Part shown: positions 50,349 to 62,980 of the stretch, piece by piece | How the letters are laid out: the number at the start of each line of letters is the position of its first letter | Position numbering within the stretch: the first letter of the stretch is position 1 | From: Felis catus | Taxonomy: Eukaryota | Direction: 5' to 3' | Length of the DNA: 64,000 nucleotides | Assembly (NCBI RefSeq): GCF_018350175.1 | Contig: NC_058383.1 | Span: 15,254,001 to 15,318,000, forward strand | Notes under the pieces: generated by a model | What the model was told of the DNA's origin: nothing | Databases searched by the model: none | Seen by the model: only the letters and a program-made list of their open reading frames with translations | Made by a program: the position numbers and the translations under genes

Positions 50349-52746
50349 ACCAGTCTCCATGATGCCTGCTGGAAAATAAATGCTTTCAGATAGATGCTGC
50401 CTCTAGAGACAGTAAGACCTCCTCCATCACCAGTTCCTGATTTATAAAATTCCACCACTTGCACATTTACTCCTGTATGCATTTCCCTTAACTGTGAACA
50501 TTTACATAAGAATGTACAGGAGCTTTTGAATCACTTTTAAGGGAAATGTTACAAAAAAGAGAGACCTAGGTATTAGTAAGAGAAAAAAAAAAGGCAGAAA
50601 ATAAAAGGCAAGCAGTGGAGGTTTTTGGATTATACTCATGAGTAAGAGTTAAAGGGACAAAACAAATCCAGGCCTTCAACTGCACCTTAGAACCTATTAG
50701 GAGGCTGGAATTCTAATTTCAGTAAATCCTAGTGAGATCTGGTATAAAGTTACCTTAGGTGGCACTGCAGGTAGCTAACTCTATGTGTTAAGGAGAACAT
50801 TTTAAAATATGATAAATTAAATGAATTAAATAAAATTTACCCCCAGGATTTTAATTTCATACTCTGGGTTTTAAACCCCAGGCTCTGGGTTTGTTGAACC
50901 ACAATGGAACTCCAAAGTCAACAATTCAGTCATGGGTCAAACCAAAAGAAAAAAAGCAAAGGCTTTATTTACTATGCATAAACACAGAACAAAACAAATT
51001 TGCAATTATGTGGTGACTGTGGGGGAGTCTAAAAATATCACCGCAAGCAAGGAACAGAGAAATAGAAAGTAACTGAATAGTACCCATTACTAATTAAAGA
51101 TTTATAAAATGTTATTAATATTCTCTATGAACACAGTATTTGTAAGAGCTTTCATGATTCTCTAATTCCAAATTTCAATCTGAATTTTGCTCTAAGTGCT
51201 AAATTCTTCAAATGTGACTTTTCCTACCACATGGATTTTTTTAGGATATGATCTTTACTTTCGGTAAAGAAACCAATGTGTTCAAAATGCAACTCTACTA
51301 AGTGGGACCATCTAAAAAGATGGGCAGGAAGTGATCTGTGCACTTCTCTACTCCATCCTTGTCCTCGGCCCTACATCCCAGCACACCCAGAAACTGGAAA
51401 CCAAGAATCTCCAAATAATTACTGCCTTTCTCCCAGGGAAAGACAGAGAAGATGGACTTGGATTGTAATGGGTCATAAATACAAAAAGGGACCTAAAACT
51501 GAGGGATCCTCCAGTGTCTTCAATGTCTACCAGATATTTTCAAAGTACATAAAATCAAAAGACGATAATTTTCCATCCTGAGCTAGGAATAGGAAGAAAT
51601 AAAAATGCTCTTCATGGTAATGTAAAAGAGAGGTTTCGTTCAGTCACTGCACCTGGTCGAAGTCTCCCGACATCTAGAGACACGACTCCAAGCTTCAAAG
51701 CTATAGAAGCCATCTCATCAGAAAGGCTCTTAAAACTGCTGGAGATGAAGTTAATAAACTCTAAGGGTTGCTCAAATTCTATTTTTGTGGTTTTTAACAT
51801 TTCTAACTTGTTACAGGCAAAACACATTTTTTTTCTCCACTGTGTGGCTGGAGGAAGTGAAGGTGCAAATGACTGAATATAAATGGTATTTATTTCAATC
51901 CAGTATCTCAGACTAGAAAGGAACTAACGGCATAATTTTTTTTTTTAATTCCTATGAAGGTGGCAAATGAGTTTCTGCCACATACACTGGCTTCTTGCGG
52001 CCACATCCGAGGAGCGACCAGCTTCCTATTGCCATAAATCAAACTAAACTCAGAGTCTCCGCTATCTTCATTTCCCAAATGCACTAATAAAGGTCTTCAA
52101 ATGTCAATTTGAGAAAGTGCTTCCTTCTTTCTGGTTTCAATAAGCAGAAGAAATTAGCTTCTGACCGTTCTTTTAATTTCCCTTTCCTCCAAACTCTTTA
52201 CATAAATCAAACACAATGATTCTCATAAAAAGGTTCAACTCGAATCTCCAAAATGACAACACCTAAGCTAATTTTTTTTAAATGAGCCTTGAGATGAACG
52301 GCTGTGAACTATTCCATTCAAAGGAAATTGGAGAGGATGAAGTCTACAAAGTGGCGGGAAAGAATGCCCACAGATCTCTTAGTGATGGAGGGCTGATGAC
52401 TTCCGGGATACCCATTTGTGGTAGATCTCAACCACTTCTAACGCCAAACCACTTCTGGTTAACAAGCGAATGTTCCCTTAATACTATGTGAAAATTCAAA
52501 GTAAATATCAGTTAAAAAAAAAAATTTGAAAATGATGGTCATTTTTCCAAATGTCTGTTCAAACCACCTGGGTCCCCTTGCTTTTTTCCTCCCCATTCCT
52601 TTGGCAGGTAAAAATCCATGATCGATTATGTACACTAGAACAAATAATTCGACCTCTCAAATAAGCCCCATTAAGTGACATCAGTTCCAACATGGTGTCT
52701 AGGACTATCACGAACTTTTTAAAAAAATCTTACTAAAAACACTGTA

Positions 52747-52958
52747 GGGGCGCCCGGGTGGCTCAGCCAGTTGAGCATCTGACTTCAGCTCAGGTCATGA
52801 TCTCATGGTTTGTGAGTTCAAGCCCCGTGTCAGGCTCTGCGCTGACAGCTCAGAGCCTGGAGCCTGCTTCAGTCTCCCTCTCTCTCTGCCCCTCCCTACT
52901 CGTGCTGTCTCTCAAAAATAAAAAACATTAAAAAAAATTTTTTTTAATAAATAAAAAA
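52747..52958 (+). mobile_element. Can-SINE, TSD aaaaacac(ac)tgt
   Basis: Consensus match. Confidence 0.92.
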
Positions 52959-53467
52959 ACACACTGTGCTGAATGAGTATAAAGAATACTATTTATTTTA
53001 ATATCACATACACATACATCACAATAACATAAGAATCCTAGGTATTAGGATTAGTCTAGGTATTAGACTAGGTATTAGAACCATTAGTCTAGGTATTAGA
53101 AATAAAACCCACCTCTATTTAAGATAGATAAAGATCATCTTCCCCTCTATCTACATGTTCATATTCAGGCCTCCTCCACTTCAAACCAGGCAACAAATAA
53201 CACCCCCCACACCAAACAAAGCCCAAAGCTTTCTGTCTCCCTTCTCCTCCCAAGATGCCATGCGTTCTCTGTCCTTCTCACAAACGTTATGCAATCTGCC
53301 TTCCGTCTCCACTAAACCATTGAGATTACTTCGGTAATGGGCATCGATAACCTTCTGTATGTAAATATTTGGGGGCCTTTCCCTGAAATTAACTGACTTC
53401 TTTTATCTTGATGATTTTCTTCTTCTTAGGTTTATTTTGCTGCCACTTGGAATACTTCGTTCACTGG

Positions 53468-55129
53468 TGTAGATTACTAGACACCTGCTAATACCCACTC
53501 TCCACTTCCTCCGTATCAAGCAGAATGCCTGAACTACTTAGGGACAACGGTGCACTCAGCTGTTGTCAGATTCTACTTTCCAGCCTCCCTCAGCAGGATG
53601 TGCCAAGGGTCCAAGTTTTGGCCAACAAGATGTAAAGGGAAGAGTTAGGCAAATCATCTTAAAAAGAAGATGTGGGGCGCCTGAGTGGCTCATTGGTTAG
53701 GTGTCCGACTTCGGCTCAGGTCACGACCACGTGGTTCATTCATGGATTTGAGCTCCGCATCAGGCTCTGTGCTGACAATGAGGGGCCTGCTTGGGATTCT
53801 CTCTCTCTCTCCCTTTCTCAGTGCCCCACCCTTACTTGCACTTTCTCTCTCCCTCTCTCTCAAAATAAATAAATAAGCTTAAAGAAATAAAAATAAATAA
53901 ATAAAAGATGTGCCCTCCTTGCATCCATCCTCATGGTGCCTCCTCAAAATGAAGGCTGGAATGCCATCACGATGACCAGAGCTCTAGCAAGCATTCTGGA
54001 CCACGGAAGTAAACTTCAGAATCAAAGTCCTACATTGAATGTCAGAGGATAAAGATAGGAACTTGGGTCTCTGATGATACTGTGAAGTCCCTGAGTAAAA
54101 CTCACTCTTTCCTGTGTTTCTCCTTTACTATCACACTACTACCACATTCATAACATTCCAACCCCAGATGTGGGGGTATTTTTCCCACACTAAGCTATTA
54201 ATGTGACACCAGCTGGGTATCCTACAATTCACCTCAATTCTAACACTACCTACCTGGAGACAGAGCCAGATCCCACAGGTTAAGGGCTCAGTCCCACAAA
54301 ACTGTCCCATTTCATATGCCAACTACAAGTCCAGGTGCTCCCGACTGATCAGCTATGAATCGGCAAGTCCCATGACTTCCTTGGGTTTAATTTGCTACAG
54401 CAGCTCACAGAACTCAGAAAAATAGTTTAGTTACTATATACCAGTTTATTATAAAAGGATATGATAAAGGATACAGACGAACATCCAGATGGAAGATAGG
54501 TGTAGCACAAGGTATGTGAGAAGGGCCAAGAAGCTCCCGTGCCCTCTCCAGGCATGTACTCTCCTAGCCCCTCCATGTGTTCAGAGCCCAGAAGCTCCCT
54601 GAACACACAGCCATACCTCTGGGATTTTATGAAGGCTTCTTCACATAGGCATGATAGATCATTAACTCCATTTTCAGTCCTCCCTTCTCAAGAGAATGAG
54701 ATATGGGGCTGAAAACTCCAAACTTCTAATCATGGCTTGGTCTTTCTGGTGAATAGCCCCCCTATTGAGGAGCTCACTGAGAGTGACCTCATTAGAACAA
54801 AAGACACTGCTATCACCTAGGAAATTCCAAGGGATTTTGCAGCTGTGTCAGGAAATGGGGTCAAAGACCAAATATCAGAACAAAAGATGCTCTCAGTCTC
54901 ACTGCTTTCACCATTTTAAAAAATTACAAGGGTTTTAGGAGCTCTGTGCCTGGAAGCAGGGACAGAGACCAACATACGTATTTTCTCTTATTTCAGAGAC
55001 ACCACATCAGCCCTTGGTTCAACTATATTTGGGCTTCTGTTGACAACAGAAGAAAAGGCATTTCTAATTTGATTATCCTACTATTTGGGGACCTGTTACA
55101 TGTAGTTCATTTGAATCCCAAGTGATACA
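53468..55129 (+). mobile_element. MLT1-type (MaLR) solo LTR interrupted by a Can-SINE (53674-53905) and a MER21-like LTR
   Basis: TG…CA ends; motifs tttccagcctccct…ccaagttttggccaacaagatgtaa and ctgttacatgtag…tgataca. Confidence 0.65.
54090..54997 (-). mobile_element. MER21-like solo LTR
   Basis: gacaccagctgggtatcctacaattc…agatcccacaggttaagggctcagtcccacaa and gggtcaaagaccaaatat match the recalled MER21 consensus in reverse. Confidence 0.8.
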
Positions 55130-55189
55130 ATTCACCTTTGGTTCCTAGATATCAATCCAGTATTCTGATTTACACTATTTTATTTTTTT

Positions 55190-55261
55190 ATTTGTTATTT
55201 TTAAAGTTTATTTATTTATTTTGAGAGAGAGAGAGAGACAGAGACAGAGAGAGAGAGAGAC

Positions 55262-55298
<37 letters not shown>

Positions 55299-56190
55299 CC
55301 AAGCAGGCTCCATGCTTTCAGTGCAGAGCCTGATGCTTGATCTCACCAAGTGTGAAATCATGACCTGAGCCAAAATCAAGAGTCAGATGCTTAACTGACT
55401 GAGCCATCCAGGCGTCCCTGATTTACACTACTTTACAAACATCTGTAATTGTACTTTTGATTTTCTTTTACCTAATAAAAACTGAAAGTTACTCTTCTGT
55501 ATTACCAAGTGGTTGGGCTTTGTTTCTTTAAATTTTTGTTGGTCTTGCCACTGTGTTCAGTGTTCTATAAATGGCATATCTTTATTTTCTGTCTCCACTG
55601 CCAAAGAAGAGCAATCTCATGTGCCTTATTCACTGATTCTCAGTGGCTAGAAAAATTGTGACCAAATATTAAGCACTCAATAAGTATTTGTTGAATGAAT
55701 GAATAAATGCAGTTTGTGCAGTTTAGATTTTTTTAACATTTGTTTACAAGCTAGTATATTACATTTTATGCACACATAAAAGGGGATCATGATAAAAATA
55801 CAAAGAAAAATTGATAAATGTTAGAGTACTAGCAAATAATAAAGCAAGATTGCATCATAGAACTGAAAGACATTTATGTTGCAAAGGAGATAAAGTTATA
55901 CATGCAGTATGATTACAACTATTTATCCAAAACCCAAATTTATGCCTAAGAACTATAAAGACAATAAAAGAGAATACAAGGGCACCTAGGTGGCTCAGTT
56001 GGCTAAGCGCCCGACTTAAGCTCAGGTCACGATCTCTTGATTTTTGGGTTTGAGCCCCAAGTCGGGCTCTGTGCTGACAGCTGAGAGCCTGGAGTCTGCT
56101 TCAGATTCTGTGTCTCCCTCTCTCTCTGCCCCTCCCCTGGTCACACTCTGTCTCTTTCTCTCAAAAATAATCATTTTTAAAAAATTTAAA
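55190..56190. mobile_element. Can-SINEs at 55190-55418 (-, long GA/GACA tract) and 55980-56190 (+)
   Basis: Consensus matches. Confidence 0.9.
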
Positions 56191-56290
56191 GAGAATATAA
56201 GTAGCACTTCTCTAAACACTATGAATTTCAAAAATGCAATTTAAAATACAGTGGGCAGCAGAAAGACATCCAGAAAAAGTAGCCACAGGA

Positions 56291-56778
56291 CAAACCAAGA
56301 AACAGGCTCTTAACTACAGAGAACACAGTGATGGTTACCCCTCAGAGGGGTAGGGGATGAGGGAAACAGGTGATAGGGATTAAGGCACCCACTTGTCAAG
56401 GTGAGCACTGGGTGTTGTATGTAAGCGTTAAATCACTATCTTGTGCACCTAAGCGAAGTAAGTCAGAGACAAATAACCATATGATTTCACTCATATGTGG
56501 AATTTAAGAAACAAAGCAAACAAGCAAATGAAAAAAAAAAAGAGAGAGGCAAAACAAGAAATGGACTTTTAACTATAGAGAACAAACTGATAGTTATGGG
56601 GGGGACATTTGGGGTGGGGGGAGGGAAGGAGGTAGAGATAACAGGCGATTGGGATTAAGGAAGGCACCTGCCCTGACGAGCACCTGGTGTTGCATGGAAG
56701 CACTGCATCATTAAATTGTTCACCTGAAACTAACATTACACTGTATGTTACCTAGAATTTAAGTAAAAACTTGAAAAA
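56291..56778 (+). mobile_element. Carnivore L1 3' UTR insertion made of two overlapping 3' segments
   Basis: 17-bp TSD aaaaagt(a/g)gccacagga at 56274-56290 and 56779-56795. Confidence 0.85.
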
Positions 56779-57831
56779 AAAAAGTGGCCACAGGAAACAC
56801 ACACCCAATACATTTCAAGATCCATCACAATAGGAACACAGGCACCTCCCAGCTAACAGCAGTAATCTGTTCCTGAAACCTAACATCATACACAAAAAAT
56901 AAAGCATATTTCCCATTATTTTAAGTGAGAGAAATTAAAATGCTACACATCAACTCAAAACTGCCAAAGACTTTCTTAAGATGAAACTAAAACAAGGTAA
57001 AATGCCCATAAATATAATAACCACTGTACCAGTCTATAATATGTGTTCAACACTACTTCCGGATTTAACAAGTGAAAACAAACATGGTTAACAGCAACTG
57101 CGCAGTGAAGCACAGTGGCCTCTCGCGCTGCCGGCACAATCCAGAAGCCAAGTCCCCTCGGCCGCAACCTGGTGAGCTTTTCAAATCATCTACACTGGAC
57201 TCTGATGATCTACCCACTGTATCTGGAATGTCATTCAGGACTTTCCTTGCATCATCATTTTGTTTTAAATGCTATGTTATGCTTTGAAAAAATATATAGA
57301 TTTTGCCCTCATAAATATACCAATTAAAAACACTGTAGTGAAAGACTCATATGTTCTATGAAATCTGGAAATTAAAGAAAGGTATTGTACTGGGAAACCA
57401 GCACCCTACAGGGAAATGGTCTGTAGTTATGCCTATTTTTGGAAGAGGTGTCTCTTCCTATATCCTTCAGATAATCTGATGATATACGAGTCGAAGGTCA
57501 AAGGGTAGGTAAAATTCTATTAACTTGTGGATAGCTAGATCTTTAAAAACCATTTATCATTTTTTGAGCTATAGTGTGTCACTACTATTCACGATCATTC
57601 AAGCCACAATCTACGCAGGGCTGACCTTAATATACATCAGGCTTCATATAAAAGACACTTGCTCAAATGGAAAAAGGCTGGCCCTGAAAGCCATCTGTCC
57701 AAAATGGATATTACTCTATATATTTGGTTATTTAGACCATCAAGTTCTAGAAATTTCTATGGGATAAATTACCCACTGCCACACTAATGATCTACATAAA
57801 ATTACAGCTAACTTTAAAAATAAAATATACA

Positions 57832-58627
57832 GGGGCACCTGGGTGGCTCAGTCGGTTGAGCATCCGACTTCGGCTCAGGTCATGATCTCGCAGTTCGTGA
57901 GTTCAAGCCCCGTGTCGGGCTCTGTGCTGACAGCTCAGAGCCTGGAGCCTGTTTCAGATTCTGTGTCTCCCTCTCTCTCTGACCCTCCCCCGTTCATACT
58001 CTGTCTCTCTCTGTCTCAAAAATAAATAAACGTTAACAAAAAAAATTTTTTTTAATCAATAAATAAAAATAAAATATACATTTTTCTTCTCTAATATTAT
58101 CATAGATTTTATTTTTGGTGAAAAGTGGAAAACTTGTTAAAATATCACTCATGACCCCATGGTTATACAGCTATTATGAATGTTTTTGTTCAACATAATT
58201 TTTAAGTGAAAAAATTATCTAATTGGAATATACATTAAAAAATGCCTTTTCACCTTCAAATGACTATTTGAGAATGTTTTTAGAACCACAGATTTGAACA
58301 AATTTTTTTAAACTGTTGGTGTGCTAGGCACTAGCGAAAGCTCTAAGACCATTTTGCATTTTTTGATTGGCAGAGATCAGGGTTGTTTTTTGGTTTTGGT
58401 TTATGTTTTTTTTTTTAATTTATTTTTGTAATGTCTATTTTTGAGACAGAGAGAGACAGAGCATGAGCGGGGGAGGGGCAGAGAGAGAGGGAGACATAGA
58501 ACATGAAGCAGGCTCTAGGTTCCAAGCTGTCAGCACAGGGCCCAACGCGGGGTTTGAACTCACGGACTGCGAGATCATGACCTGAGCCAAAGTCAGACAC
58601 TCAACCGACTGAGCCACCCAGGCGCCC
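57832..58627. mobile_element. Tail-to-tail Can-SINE pair: 57832-58070 (+) and ~58400-58627 (-)
   Basis: Consensus matches; (TTTTG)n flanks the second copy. Confidence 0.9.
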
Positions 58628-58647
58628 TTGTTTTGTTTTTTGTTTTG

Positions 58648-58679
<32 letters not shown>

Positions 58680-58959
58680 CCACAGTTGAGGAACCTCCTT
58701 CCCAACACTGGTTTCCTCTCTTGTCATTCCACTCCTCACCCTACCGACCCCCTTGCTCTTGGATTCCGGCAGAACTGAACCCGCTAACAAGCCACACAGG
58801 CTTTCCATATCTTCAAGCTCGGCTCTTCCTTCCCACTGGGAATGCATCTTAGTAGTCAGTGGTGGCTCTGGGCTACTGGGAGACCAGGGTTGGAGGGAAG
58901 CTTACTTTTAAGTCCGTATAATCTGTGACCCTTACAGATTATGCCCTAATAGTAACTGA

Positions 58960-59510
58960 TGGTTAACGCTCTGGCTCAGCTCCCATCACCTCCCGCAGGA
59001 AGCTTCTGATCCCAGTATCTCCCCGTGTTCTTGTAGCCCTTGTGCGACCTCCTACCCCAGCACTGGTCACCTCCTGCTGAAACTGTCTATTCGTCCCCAG
59101 AAGACTACAGTTCCTCAAGGGCACCAGGCCATATCCAATTATATACCTGGGCCTAGCATAGGACTTGAAACATAATAAACTCAAAGTAAGAGGTGGCCGA
59201 CATAAATACAGTAAAACCAGAGTCTCTAAAATGTTGACAATCATTTGTAACCAAAAATCATTCTAAGAGGCAGATGACCACTATTTAAGTCTGAACTAAT
59301 TTCATTAACAAGAGCATTAACATTAGTGAGTTCACGTGCCAACCAATGTACTAGGCGTTTTACACGTGTAACGTCATTTAATCCCCGAACGCCGTCTGGC
59401 ATGTAAGGAACCCCTCTTAACCCCATTTAACTGATGAGGAAGCAAGGTCTTTATGGACATTTAGCAGGAGTTTAGCCAAGGCTACAAAGCTGATTGGTGC
59501 TGCCGTGGAA
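58960..59510. mobile_element. L2 3' fragment (+) and MIR (-)
   Basis: gttcctcaagggcaccagg…gcctagcatagga; tcatttaatcccc…ccccatttaactgatgaggaagc. Confidence 0.6.
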
Positions 59511-60045
59511 TCAAGTACCTCCACTATGCTTACTTTCTGAGGACTGGAAAGATAGCCCTGAGGTTCCAGTCAACCTCTTTGACCAAGCACTAACTGCAAA
59601 CACAATCACTGCCCAGAAGCCTCCAAAGGGTAAAACACTAAAAAGCAACAAGAAGAAAACAAACTGGAGATAGAACGCAAAAGAAAAGCCAATGTTTTTC
59701 AGTGAACACTGTAAGAAATGGTAACATAACAAGTTTAAGATGACCAATCACTAGTGTTGGCTAGAATATTTAGGACAAATATATGTAATGTTGAAAAAGT
59801 GCTTAAGATGAGAATGTTTCTACATGAGACAATTAACATGTCCTACTTTCTATAACCCACTATGTCCTGATTTACAATCCTATTTTAGCTTCTACAACAC
59901 CTTCCCTGCTTTGGTCAAGCAGTAATGACTGTTAATATTAGAAAGAAGAGGAATTTGACACAGTATTTACAATTCTTTTGCCTAGAAAAATTATCTCCTT
60001 GAGGCAGCTTCTGATGGTTATCCTTTTTAAAAGTAAGAACACTCT

Positions 60046-60692
60046 TGGGAATGCAAGCTGGTGCAGCCACGCTGGAAAACAGTATGGAGGTTCCTCAAAA
60101 AACTAAAAATAGAACTACCCTACGACCCAGCAACTGCACTACTAGGCATTTATCCACAGGATACAGGTGTGCTGTTTCAAAGGGACATATGCACCCCATG
60201 TTTATAGCAGCACTATCAACAATAGCCAAAGTATGGAAAGAGCCCAAATGTCCATCGATGGATGAATGGATAAAGAAGATGCGGTATACATACACAATGC
60301 AGTATTATTGGGCAATCAAAAAGAATGAAATCTTACCATTTGCAACTACGTGGATGGAACTGGAGGGTATTATGCTAAGTGAAATTAGTCAGAGAAAGAC
60401 AAAAATCATATGACTTCACTCCTATGAGGACTTTAAGAGACAAAACAGATGAACATGAGGGAAGGGAAACAAAAATAATCTAAAAACAGGGATGGGGACA
60501 AAACAGAAGAGACTCATAAATATGGAGAACAAACAGAGGGTTACTGGAGGGGGTCTAGGAGGGGGGATGGGCTAAATAGGTAAGGGGCATTAAAAAATCT
60601 ACTCCTGAAATCACTGTTGCACTATATGCTAATTTGGATGTAAATTTAAAAAAATTTAAAATTAAATTTAAAACAAAAAAAGAAAAAAAAAG
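60046..60692 (+). mobile_element. 5'-truncated, relatively young felid L1 (ORF2 C-terminus, 3' UTR, poly-A)
   Basis: MFIAALSTIAKVWKEPKCPSMDEWIKKM…ILPFATTWMELEGIMLSEISQ. 17-bp TSD aaaag(t/c)aagaacactct at a TTTT|AAAA endonuclease site. One frameshift near 60197. Confidence 0.95.
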
Positions 60693-60774
60693 AAAAGCAA
60701 GAACACTCTGAAAACAGACAAAGAGGAAAATGGCCAAAGATCTCCCTCCACTTTCAGACACTCGGGTCAAAAAG

Positions 60775-61170
60775 AATTAAATTGTATGGCTGTACCATAA
60801 TTTATTTAACTGATGGATATTTAGTTTGCTTCCAATCTTTTGCTATTATAAATAATGTCACAATGAATAATCTTGCATATATGTTACTTCACGTGGATGT
60901 TAACTAGGTCTCAGGGTAAATCACGAGATATGAACCACTCACTCAAAGGGCACATGCATTTTTTATTTTAATAGATACCATAAAAGTGTCCTTCAAAGAT
61001 GAGATTGGACCAATTTATATTCTCACCAGAGTTGTGTGGGAGTACTTGTTTCCTCACTGATATTTTTATCTATATTTATGGGCCATTTGCATTTCATTTT
61101 CCATTAAGCATTTGTATCTTTGTCTTATTTCTCTACTGGGTTTATTATTCTTTGGCTTAATGATTGGTAG
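60775..61170 (-). mobile_element. Old L1ME fragment
   Basis: ggatatttagtttgcttccaatcttttgctattataaataatg. Confidence 0.7.
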
Positions 61171-61202
61171 TAGCATTTTCATCAAGTTTAAAATCGGCTG
61201 GT

Positions 61203-62598
61203 ACTTTTTATTTATTTATTTTTTTTTTAATTTTTTTTTCAATGTTTATTTATTTTTGGGAGAGAGAGAGACAGAGCATGAACGGGGGAGGGGCAGAGAG
61301 AGAGGGAGACACAGAATCGGAAACAGGCTCCAGGCTCTGAGCCATCATCAGCACAGAGTCCGACGCGGGGTCCGAACTCCCGGACCACGAGATTGTGACC
61401 TGGCTGAAGTCGGACGCTTAACCGACTGCGCCACCCAGGCGCCCCAACGGCTGGTACTTTTTAAACTTTACTAACTGTTCACTTTATTAACTTTATTTTA
61501 AACTTTGATTTAGAAATCTTTTTTCCAAAACTATCCCCATCCCAAACACACCATCATATAACTGAGAAAAATTCAAGGAAAGAAACGAGAGGCCTGACTA
61601 GTATTTTGTAAGTTCTAAAGGCAAAAAACAAGGGCTCTTTCCCTCTTATGTTAACAGGTCACAAAGGAGTGTAATGATTCACAAAGAAAAGAATCCTAAG
61701 AGAGGGGCGCCTGGGTGGCGCAGTCGGTTAAGCGTCCGACTTCAGCCAGGTCACGATCTCGCGGTCTGTGAGTTCGAGCCCCGCGTCAGGCTCTGGGCTG
61801 ATGGCTCAGAGCCTGGAGCCTGTTTCCGATTCTGTGTCTCCCTCTCTCTCTGCCCCTCCCCCGTTCATGCTTTGTCTCTCTCTGTCCCAAAAATAAATAA
61901 ACGTTGAAAAAAGGATCCACAGATTATACACATGAAGTAAAGCAATAGGTTAGATTATGTGCTGCAGATGTTTGTATCAAAACTCTTATTTATTTAAAAA
62001 ATTTTTTTTAACATTTTATTTTTTGAGAGACAGAGAGAGACAGAGTGCGAGCAGGAGGGGACAGAGAGAGGAAACACAGAATCCAAAGCAGGCTCTAGGC
62101 TCCAAGCTGTCAGCACAGAGCCCAATGCGGGGCTCGAACTCACAACTGCAAGATCATGACCTGAGCTAAAGTCGATGCTTAACCAATGGAGCCACCCAGG
62201 TGTCCCTCAAAACTCTTTTTAGAACCTCTCTCCTGTACTGAATTTCTCCTGCCTCTAAAGAGTTAGAGTTAAAAAAAAAAAATTAAAAAAAAAAAAAGTT
62301 ATTCTGGTCTAAACAGTCAAAACAGGTAAACTCGGAATGCTTTAAAATGCACATATCCGGGGCGCCTGGGTGGCTCAGTCGGTTAAGCAGCCGACTTCGG
62401 CTCAGGTCATGATCTCACGGTCCGTGAGGGCTGTGAGTTCGAGCCCCACGTCAGGCTCTGTGCGGACAGCTCAGAGCCTGGACCCTGTTTCAGATTCTGT
62501 GTCTCCCTCTCTCTGACCCTCCCCTGTTCATGCTCTGTCTCTCTCTGTCTCAAAAATAAATAAATGTTAAAAAAAATTTTTTTAAATAAATAAATAAA
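61203..62598. mobile_element. Four Can-SINEs in alternating orientation: 61203-61445 (-), 61704-61912 (+), ~61995-62206 (-), 62359-62598 (+)
   Basis: Consensus matches with TSDs (cggctggtactttt; tcaaaactctt; aaaatgcacatatcc). Confidence 0.92.
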
Positions 62599-62749
62599 AT
62601 GCACATATCCAAAATATATATAAATTTAAGTCTGCGTTTTCATTGAGTAATTTTTACTTAAAATAACATATTTTAAAATTTCAGAACATGTATAATCCTC
62701 AACTTGAAATGTAGATTACACATTTCCATTCACCCTTTTTGGAGAGCTG

Positions 62750-62980
62750 TAAGTATGTTAGCATTTATTAAGTCTTCCTCTGCTTTCTAGGCCTTTCCGG
62801 TAACACTTTCTGTAACAATTCATCTAATCCTCACAATAACCCAGTCAGACGGGTGCCCTATAATCCTCATTTTACAGATAAAAGAATTGAAGCACGAACA
62901 TGCTGCCTAAGGTCCCAAAGCTCTCCAAGGTGGAGCCAGCATTCAAAGACAGACAGTGTGGCTCTGGAGCACAAGCTCTG
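62750..62980 (-). mobile_element. MIR
   Basis: tcatctaatcctcacaataaccc…cctcattttacagataaaagaattgaagcac. Confidence 0.8.

Noticed and set aside
53038..53100. CRISPR-like repeat-spacer array
   Set aside because: Eukaryotic DNA, 11-bp units with 1-10 nt spacers, and no cas genes.
57060..57300. Possible intronic C/D snoRNA or CpG-island element (tgatga motif, several CpGs)
   Set aside because: No terminal stem or properly spaced D box, and too short and CpG-poor for an island.
60045..60413. 122-aa ORF as a functional L1 protein
   Set aside because: The element is 5'-truncated, and the ORF's first half is out of the ORF2 frame because of a frameshift.
87..62604. Dozens of 60-120 aa ORFs with GAWVAQSVKRPTSAQVMIS, SLSLSLS or ERERER peptides
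   Set aside because: They are translations of Can-SINE sequence and microsatellites, not genes.
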